From positions 320,001 to 384,000 of the forward strand of contig CAWDVP010000002.1 in the NCBI GenBank assembly GCA_963805945.1: a DNA stretch of 64,000 nt. The letters run 5' to 3'. The stretch comes from Vulcanimicrobiota bacterium (GTDB lineage: Bacteria; Vulcanimicrobiota; Vulcanimicrobiia; Eremiobacterales; Eremiobacteraceae). The notes beneath the pieces are model-generated. The model was not told the DNA's origin, made no database searches, and saw only the letters and a list, made by a program, of their open reading frames with translations. Positions 57,310 through 64,000 of this stretch are shown here, in pieces; the stretch's first letter is position 1, and every line of letters begins with the position of its first letter. A program made the position numbers and the translations under genes.

Positions 57310-59097
57310 ATGCGTTATTTCATGTTCACAGTCGCCTGCGCTTTTGTCATGCTCGCGGCGCCGGCCACCGTCCGGGCGCAAGACTCGGCGCACGACCGTC
57401 TGACGAAGCTCGCGCAGGACATGACCTACACGACCGCCCGTTTGTATCCGATGGAAGCCACGGATCTCGGCATCCCGGGTCACGACGCCGATCTCGAGAC
57501 GCCGAGCGAAGCGGAGCGCGCCGCATACACCGCGCTGCTGCGGCAGTGGCAGGCGCAGCTGCGCGCGATCGCACCGCCGGGCGATGCGACGCTGTCGCTC
57601 GTCGATCGCGACGACGCCGCGCTGCTCGGGGCGACGCTCAACGGCCAGCTGAACCAGCAACTCATCTATCAGACCGACCGCAAGGACTACACCGCCGCGG
57701 GCAACGCCATCGCCAACGCGATCTTCGTGCAGTTCCTGCACCTGCCGATCGCCGGCCAGAACGGCGCCACGCGGGCGGACGTCGACAAGGCGTGGAGCGA
57801 CATCACCGTGCGGCTGTCGAAAGCGCCTGACTACATCGTCGCGGCGCAACGCCTCGTCACCATGCCCGGCCACCTCTTCAACACGGTCGGCAGCGACGAG
57901 CTCGCCGGCGTGCCCGACTTCTTCAACGGCGCGCTCACTGACGCGGCGAAGAGCCAGCTCGATCCCACCGCGTTCGCCCGGTTCGCGAAAGCGCGCGACG
58001 CCGCGCTCGCCACGATCGCGCAAAGCAAGGCCTACGTCGACGCGCACGTCGCGTCGTGGCCCGAGAACTTCTCCATCGGGCGTGCCGCGTACGACCGCAT
58101 GCTGCGCGATGAGCAGCTGCTGCCGTACGATGCGACCGACGTGATCCGGATGGGCGATGACGAGCTCGCCCATGGCTGGGCGGAGGAAGCCTGGCTCACC
58201 TCGGTGTCCAAACAGACCGGTCAGCTGTTCGGGCCGCAAAGCGGCGGCGGCATGGCGCCGTCAGGCCCGCCGCTCATCGCCTACTATCGCGATTGCATCG
58301 CGCAGCTGCGCACGTTCGTCATCGAACACGACATCGTCACGGTGCCCGACTGGCTCGGCACGATCGACGTCGTAGAGACGCCGCCGTTCTTGCAGCCTGT
58401 CTCGCCGGGTGCGTCCATGAATTCGCCGCGTCTGTTCTCGGCCTCGACCACCGGCTTCTATTTCATCACGCCGCCCAGGTCGCTCGCGGCGGCGGCGGCG
58501 CGGCTGGACATGAACCAGGACTTCGACCGCGACCGCATCTTATCGACCGCCGCGCACGAAGCGATGCCCGGCCACTTCCTGCAGTTGTCGATCGCGAAGC
58601 GCAATCCTGATTTCGTCCGTAAGATCCAGGAGAGCGGCGTGTTCTCCGAGGGTTGGGCGTACTACGGCGAGGAGATGCTCGTGCGGCTCGGGCTGTACGG
58701 CGATCACCTCGACGGCCGCCTCGACGTCGCGCGCTGGGAGCGCGTGCGCGGCGCGCGCGCCATCGTCGATTCGAAGCTCGCGACCGGCGAATGGACGTAT
58801 CGCCAGGCCGCGGACTTCTTCGCCAAGCAGACCGATTTCACCAAAGATGCTGCCGACGCGGCGGTCGCGGGCATCGCGACCAGCCCTGGATACGTCATCG
58901 CCTACACCGTCGGGCGCGTGCAGCTCGACGATCTGCTCGGCGAGTACATGTTGCGCATGGGCGCGCGCGCGTCGCTCCACGACTTCCACGACCGCCTGCT
59001 CTCGTACGGTTCGGTGCCGTTCGCGATCGTCGGGCCTGAACTGCTCGCCGATCTCGGCAAACCGGTGAGCGAAGTGCGCGCCGCCGCGGACTACTGA
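57310..59097 (+). CDS. DUF885 family protein, secreted
   Basis: Signal peptide; HEAMPGHFLQ, EGWAYYGE, PGYVIAYTVG, FHDRLL. Confidence 0.9.
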   Translation: MRYFMFTVACAFVMLAAPATVRAQDSAHDRLTKLAQDMTYTTARLYPMEATDLGIPGHDADLETPSEAERAAYTALLRQWQAQLRAIAPPGDATLSLVDRDDAALLGATLNGQLNQQLIYQTDRKDYTAAGNAIANAIFVQFLHLPIAGQNGATRADVDKAWSDITVRLSKAPDYIVAAQRLVTMPGHLFNTVGSDELAGVPDFFNGALTDAAKSQLDPTAFARFAKARDAALATIAQSKAYVDAHVASWPENFSIGRAAYDRMLRDEQLLPYDATDVIRMGDDELAHGWAEEAWLTSVSKQTGQLFGPQSGGGMAPSGPPLIAYYRDCIAQLRTFVIEHDIVTVPDWLGTIDVVETPPFLQPVSPGASMNSPRLFSASTTGFYFITPPRSLAAAAARLDMNQDFDRDRILSTAAHEAMPGHFLQLSIAKRNPDFVRKIQESGVFSEGWAYYGEEMLVRLGLYGDHLDGRLDVARWERVRGARAIVDSKLATGEWTYRQAADFFAKQTDFTKDAADAAVAGIATSPGYVIAYTVGRVQLDDLLGEYMLRMGARASLHDFHDRLLSYGSVPFAIVGPELLADLGKPVSEVRAAADY

Positions 59098-59131
59098 TCC
59101 ACAGGAACGAACGTCCGGCGAAAGTCAAGAC

Positions 59132-59160
59132 TTGCAATCGGCGTGCGCAGGTGCTACCGT
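59132..59160 (+). promoter_or_regulatory. Sigma70 promoter of the 6S RNA
   Basis: TTGCAA-17-TACCGT with extended TG. Confidence 0.6.
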
Positions 59161-59189
59161 AGGGCCACGCGCGAGCGATCGCGTGAAGA

Positions 59190-59367
59190 TCTCCCTGCAG
59201 TGTGCGCCAGTCCGCTAGTGATTGAACCAACACAATCACAACGGGAGCCGATCTCCGAGCCGCTTTGAGCAAGCCCTCCACGAGAGGGAAGCCTGTGTCC
59301 GGCCGGTTGGGCACCCACCTGCGAAGGCAGGTTCAAATCCCCTGCGGGCAACGGCACTTCGGGGCAG
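59190..59367 (+). ncRNA. ssrS: 6S RNA (Firmicutes-type)
   Basis: About 180 nt, intergenic; 5' CCCTGCAGTGT pairs with 3' GCACTTCGGGG; carries GGGAGCC, GGCACCCACCTGC..GCAGGTTCAAA and GCAACGGCAC blocks resembling Bacillus 6S-1; flanked by a promoter and a terminator. Confidence 0.85.
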
Positions 59368-59370
59368 TAC

Positions 59371-59406
59371 AAAAAACGGCTCGCCGCACGCGGGCCGTTT
59401 TGCTTT
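59371..59406. terminator. Bidirectional terminator
   Basis: AAAAAACGGCTCGC-CGCAC-GCGGGCCGTTTT-GCTTT. Confidence 0.8.
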
Positions 59407-59421
59407 CGCCGAGCCGGCGCT

Positions 59422-59829
59422 TCACGTGAGCGCCCTTTCGACCAACGCCCCGATGCCGGAGACGTTCTGCATGAGCCCTTCGGGCACGGCGTAGCGCTGC
59501 TGGAGGATCTGCGGGTCTTCGTACGCCACCCACACCCGCTTGTCCGCATCTTCCCACGCGAGCACGCGCAGCGGCAGCTCGATGGCGATCGCCGGCACGG
59601 CTTGCATGACCGGCGTGCCCGCGCGCGCATTGCCGAAGATGAGCACTTGCGTCGGCCGCATCTCAAGCCCGCTCTTGGCCGCCTCCGCGGCGTGGTCGAT
59701 GAGCGCGAAGAACTGGAAGCCTTTCGACCTGACGATCTCCTGCAGTCGGCCGATCGCCTGACCCACCGAGTATTTGCTCGGCACGACGATCAGCCCGTGT
59801 TCGGTGCGCGCGTCCGTGGTCATCGCCAT
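59422..59829 (-). CDS. DUF302 family protein
   Basis: IDHAAEA..GL, LIFGNARAGTPVMQ, IELPLRVL. Confidence 0.9.
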   Translation of the reverse strand: MAMTTDARTEHGLIVVPSKYSVGQAIGRLQEIVRSKGFQFFALIDHAAEAAKSGLEMRPTQVLIFGNARAGTPVMQAVPAIAIELPLRVLAWEDADKRVWVAYEDPQILQQRYAVPEGLMQNVSGIGALVERALT

Positions 59830-59844
59830 ACCTCTCTTATCGTC

Positions 59845-60526
59845 CTAAAGAACTCCGAGCCAGCGCGCCAAACCGGCGTCGTCGAGCGACCCGGACTCGT
59901 CTTCGAGCGAGATGAAGCCGCGGAAGCGCTGCATCGCCGCGCCGTCGCTGCCGTCCGGCGACGCCACCATGATGACGGCGTCGCGCGCCAGCTGCTCCCA
60001 CGGCACCGTCGCCGGCGCCGCAAGCCGCAGCCACGCCGAATCGCATTCCTTGAAGGCGCGCTTGACGTCGGCGGTGCCGTCGATCATCGAGCCGGGGCGC
60101 GGCTGCACCGCGAGCGTCACGTTCGCCTGTTTGGCATGCTCGCTCGACGCCTTCAGGCCGCGGATCAGCTCGCGCCACGCGATGCCGGGCGAGCCCGACG
60201 CGGGCGCGCAGGAGAAGCGCAGCAGCGGCGCGCCGATCGTCTGCGGCGAGATCGATCGCGGCGTTGAGCGCCTCCACGTCGGGCTCGATGTCCGCCGCGC
60301 CGAACGAGAGGCCGATCGTGGCGGCCGCCACGGTGAGACCGCGGTCGGCGCACAGCTTCTTGATCTGGGCCAGATACTCGGCGTCGCGCCGGGGAAAATG
60401 CTCGACCGAGCAATCGACGCCGCCGAGCGCCGGCTGCGCGCAGCACAGGTCGATCCACTCGAGCTGCGTCAGCCGTCCGTCGGCGAGCGCGCGCGCGAAA
60501 CTCCGCGAAGAACAGCACCATCTCAT
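59845..60526 (-). CDS. Sugar-phosphate isomerase/epimerase TIM-barrel-like protein, frameshifted
   Basis: MRWCCSSRSFAR..LTQLEWIDLC, YLAQIKKLCADRGL, NVTLAVQ, FRGFISLE. Confidence 0.65.
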
Positions 60527-60609
60527 CGCCACGGCGGTTCTTCGCGGCGCGTCCTCGCCCTTTCAGTCCTCGGGAGTAGCCGGCGCCGGCGCGCGCGAAG
60601 CCACCCCGC

Positions 60610-61086
60610 ATGGACGAGGCGCCGCTGCTGCTGTTCGTATGCTCCGGCAACATCTGCCGCAGCCCGATGGCCGAGGCGATCGCGGCTGACGCCGCCCGGC
60701 GCGCCGGCGTGCGCGTCCGCGTGCAGAGCACGGGCACGGCGGCAGACGTCGGTTACCCGGCCGAAGCGACCGCCCTCGAAGCGCTCGCAGAAGTTGGCCT
60801 CGCGCTGCCGGGCCACGTCGCGAAGCAGACCGAACATCGGCACGTGCGCGAAGCCGCGCTCGTCGTCGGCGCGACGCGCTCGCATCGCGCCATCCTGCGC
60901 CGGATGCATCCCGAACGCGCGGCGGCGATCGTGAGCTTCGATGAGCTCACCGGCCTGGGCGATATCCCCGACCCCTACGGCGGCACGCTCGCGGACTATC
61001 GAGCGGTGCGCGACATGCTCGTCGCGGGGATGCCGCACGTGCTCGCCGCGCTCAAGGCCACCGCGGCGGCGAAGGCGAAACCGTAG
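60610..61086 (+). CDS. Low-molecular-weight protein Arg/Tyr phosphatase (YwlE-like)
   Basis: FVCSGNICRSPMAE, DIPDPYGG; upstream of rpiB-glyA. Confidence 0.92.
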   Translation: MDEAPLLLFVCSGNICRSPMAEAIAADAARRAGVRVRVQSTGTAADVGYPAEATALEALAEVGLALPGHVAKQTEHRHVREAALVVGATRSHRAILRRMHPERAAAIVSFDELTGLGDIPDPYGGTLADYRAVRDMLVAGMPHVLAALKATAAAKAKP

Positions 61087-61095
61087 CCCGTCTGC

Positions 61096-61566
61096 ATGAA
61101 TAAGAAGATATTTCGCGTCGCCGTCGGCGCCGACCACGCCGGTTTCGCCTACAAGCAGCAGCTCGCCGAACTGCTGCGCCAGATGGGGCACGAGGTCGTG
61201 GACTTCGGCACGTACTCGACCGACCCGGTGGACTACCCGCTCATCGCGTTCAAGGTCGGCGAGGCGGTCGGCGGCGGCGAGTTCGAGCGCGGCGTGCTGT
61301 GTTGCGGCTCGAGCATCGGCATCGCCATCGCCGCCAACAAAGTGCGCGGCGTGCGTGCGGCGCCGGTCGCGGAGCCTTATTCAGCTCGCCTGTCACGCCA
61401 GCATAACGACGCCAACATCATCTGCTTCGCGGAACGGCTCACCGGCTGGGAGATGGTCGTCGAGTGTCTCAACGTCTGGCTCGAGACCGAGGCCGAAGGC
61501 GGTCGCCACGCGCGCCGGGTCGCAGAGCTCAACGATTACGATCCCGACGCCGAGGACAAGGGCTGA
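61096..61566 (+). CDS. rpiB: Ribose-5-phosphate isomerase B
   Basis: [39 protein letters not shown]. Confidence 0.95.
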   Translation: MNKKIFRVAVGADHAGFAYKQQLAELLRQMGHEVVDFGTYSTDPVDYPLIAFKVGEAVGGGEFERGVLCCGSSIGIAIAANKVRGVRAAPVAEPYSARLSRQHNDANIICFAERLTGWEMVVECLNVWLETEAEGGRHARRVAELNDYDPDAEDKG

Positions 61567-61567
61567 T

Positions 61568-62835
61568 ATGAACGCGCGCACCCTCGAGCAGGCGCTGCTC
61601 GCGACCGCCGATCCGGCGGTCTATGACGCGATTCTCAAAGAAGAAGAGCGCCAGCGCAAGAACCTCGAGCTGATCGCGTCGCGAGAACTACGTCAGCGCG
61701 GCGGTCCTCGAGGCGGCGGGCTGCGTGCTGACCAACAAGTACGCCGAGGGCTATCCCGGCAAGCGCTACTACGGCGGCTGCGAGTACGTCGACGTCGTCG
61801 AGAACCTCGCCATCGAGCGGCTGCAGAAGCTGTTCGGCGCCGAGCACGCCAACGTCCAGCCGCACTCCGGCGCGCAGGCCAACATGGCCGTCTACTTCGC
61901 GGCGCTCAAGCCCGGCGACACGGTGCTGGGCATGAGCCTCGCCCACGGCGGGCACCTCACGCACGGCAGCACGGTCAACTTCTCGCGGCAAGCTCTACAA
62001 CGTCGTCGGCTACGGCGTCGATCCGAAGACCGAGCGCATCGACTACGACGCAGATCGCGACGCTCGCGCAGCGAGCACCAGCCGAAGATGATCGTCGCCG
62101 GGCGCGAGCGCCTATCCGCGCATCATCGACTTCGCAGGCGTTCGCGCGAGATCGCCCACGAGGTCGGGCGCCGTGCTCATGGTCGACATGGCGCACATCG
62201 CCGGCCTGGTCGCCGCCGGGCTGCACCCGAGCCCGGTGCCGCATCGCCGACTTCGTCACGACCACGACGCACAAGACGCTGCGCGGCCCGCGCGGCGGCC
62301 TGGTCCTGTGCGACGGCTGGAGCGCGGCAAGGGTCATCGCCAAGCACGTCTTCCCCGGCATCCAGGGCGGCCCGCTCATGCACGTCATCGCCGCCAAGGC
62401 GGTCGCGTTCGGCGAGGCGCTGCAGCCGGAGTTCAAGGACTACGCGAAGCAGGTCATCGCCAACGCGCAAGACGCTGGCCGAGGCGCTGCAGGGACACGG
62501 CTTGCGCCTCGTCTCCGGCGGCACCGACAACCACCTCATGCTGGTCGACGTCGTCCGTGCGCGGCCTCACCGGCAAGGACGCCGAGGCCTAGCTCGACGA
62601 GGTCGGCATCACCGTCAACAAGAACACGATCCCCTTCGACAAGAACCCGCCGATCGTCACGAGCGGCATCCGCGTCGGCACGCCGGCGATCACCACGCGC
62701 GGCATGCGCGAGGAGCACATGCGCGAGATCGCCGACATCATGGGCGCGGCGATGGACGACATCGGCGCGCGGGCGCGCCTCGACCAGCTGCGCGATCGCG
62801 TCTTCGAGCTGACGTCGCACTTCGACGTGCCGTAG
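61568..62835 (+). CDS. glyA: Serine hydroxymethyltransferase, many frameshifts
   Basis: [59 protein letters not shown]. Confidence 0.95.
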
Positions 62836-62848
62836 GCGGGCGCACACG

Positions 62849-63319
62849 GTGAAAGAGACGCTGCCCCAGATCCCCGAGCCGCCGCACGACGACCGACCGT
62901 CGTGGGATGAGTATTTCATGGCGATCACGCGCGCGGTGGCGACGCGCGCGACCTGCTCGCGCCGCAGCGTGGGCGCGGTGATCGTCAAGGACAAGCGCAT
63001 CCTCGCCACCGGCTACAACGGCGCGCCGATCGGCCTGCGCCACTGCGACCACCGCGACGGCGGCGACCTGCGCGACGGGCACTGCGCGCGCTCGACGCAC
63101 GCCGAGCAGAACGCGCTGGTCCAGGCCGCACGGCACGGCATCGCGATCGCGGGCGGCACGATCTACTGCACGGACCACCCGTGCCTGACGTGCGCGAAAC
63201 TGCTCATCAACGCCGGGCTCCAGCGGGTCGTGTACGAGGCGTCGTATCCCGACGAACTCGCCGCCGCGCTGCTGCGCGAGGCGGCGATCCCGCTCGATCG
63301 TTTCGCGGCGCGCCGCTGA
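62849..63319 (+). CDS. dCMP deaminase family protein
   Basis: [28 protein letters not shown]. Confidence 0.92.
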   Translation: MKETLPQIPEPPHDDRPSWDEYFMAITRAVATRATCSRRSVGAVIVKDKRILATGYNGAPIGLRHCDHRDGGDLRDGHCARSTHAEQNALVQAARHGIAIAGGTIYCTDHPCLTCAKLLINAGLQRVVYEASYPDELAAALLREAAIPLDRFAARR

Positions 63320-64000
63320 TGGCGCCGCCGCTGCTCGCGCTGCTGCCCACCGCGCTGGCGAGCCCGATCCGTTTCGACGTCAACATCTACTGGCTGTGCG
63401 CGATCACCTTCGCCCTGAGCCTTGCCGCCTGTCTGCTCATCACGCCGCTCGTCATCCGCATGGCGGTGCGCCTCGGGCACTTCGACGTCCCCGACGAAGA
63501 GCGCCACGTGCACACCGAGCCGACGCCGCGCATCGGCGGCATCGCGATCTACCTGAGCTTCATGCTGTCGCTGTTCGCCGTGCTCAACGTCGCGCTCACC
63601 AACAACAGCGTCATCACGCGCTATCTGAGCGACCACGACACCGCGCGCATCATCGGCTTGCTGTTCGGCGGCACGCTCATGATGGGCGTGGGCCTGTGGG
63701 ACGACGTCATGGGCATGCGGCCGCGCAACAAGTTCTTGGCGCAGTTCGTCGTGGCGTCGATCGCCGTCGTGCTCTACGGCTTCACCATCTACCATTTGCG
63801 CCTGCCGCACTTCGGGCTGGTCGAACTCGGCTGGTTCGGGATACCGTTCTCGCTGTTCTGGTATCTGGGCATGGTCAACGCCATCAACTTCCTCGACGGG
63901 TTGGACGGACTCGTCGCCGGCTACACCGTCATCGCCGCGGTCGCGCTCACCGCGATCTCGCTGCTCAAGGACCAGTACCTCGTCGCGATCACCGCGTGCG
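63319..64000 (+). CDS. WecA/TagO (GT4/MraY-like) undecaprenyl-phosphate GlcNAc-1-phosphate transferase, 3'-truncated
   Basis: DVPDEERHVHTEPTPRIGGIA, GLWDD, NAINFLDGLDGL; open to the window end. Confidence 0.92.
   Translation, partial: MAPPLLALLPTALASPIRFDVNIYWLCAITFALSLAACLLITPLVIRMAVRLGHFDVPDEERHVHTEPTPRIGGIAIYLSFMLSLFAVLNVALTNNSVITRYLSDHDTARIIGLLFGGTLMMGVGLWDDVMGMRPRNKFLAQFVVASIAVVLYGFTIYHLRLPHFGLVELGWFGIPFSLFWYLGMVNAINFLDGLDGLVAGYTVIAAVALTAISLLKDQYLVAITAC

Noticed and set aside
59326..59346. GCAGGTTCAAATCCCCTGC as a tRNA T-arm
   Set aside because: No cloverleaf, D-arm or CCA; it is part of the 6S RNA
62590..62592. In-frame TAG in glyA as pyrrolysine or recoding
   Set aside because: Lies in a very error-dense region at a non-catalytic position; TAG serves as a normal stop elsewhere in the window
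4461..62835. Pseudogenisation or programmed frameshifting of trpS, rnc, smc, purH and glyA
   Set aside because: Core genes with intact motifs and scattered indels lacking slippery-site signatures; sequencing error is more parsimonious

Overview
High-GC bacterial chromosome segment made mostly of housekeeping genes. Gene order is Terrabacteria/Firmicutes-like (maf-mreB-mreC-mreD-mrdA; rpmA-obgE-nadD; fabF-rnc-smc-purH; ywlE-rpiB-glyA-dCMP deaminase-tagO/wecA). The window also carries ADP-heptose and LPS-type genes, so the organism is probably a diderm Terrabacterium; Ca. Eremiobacterota/Vulcanimicrobiota is my guess and is not verified. Many essential genes (trpS, rnc, smc, purH, glyA) have single-base frameshifts, best explained as long-read consensus errors. 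I found no rRNA, tRNA, CRISPR, transposase or phage genes. Signals missed by the ORF track: (1) two paralogous 44-aa and 47-aa micro-ORFs sharing a C-terminal LVx[IL]xRGxx[ST]SIFxGWGx[RK][IL] motif; the first sits behind a consensus sigma70 promoter covered by two tandem operators and is divergent from a CGNR zinc-finger regulator (best candidate for an undescribed system); (2) a BCP peroxiredoxin with UGA at the catalytic Cys and a SECIS-like hairpin; (3) a 16-aa lysine-rich micro-ORF with a strong SD and its own terminator; (4) a Firmicutes-type 6S RNA; (5) a tandem ~750-780 bp duplicated Ig-like lipoprotein unit; (6) an MreB with QQAI in place of EEPM; (7) an L27 with a Prp-type cleavable extension; (8) GTAG/GGAG-type REP elements. 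All family assignments come from motif recognition, not database searches.
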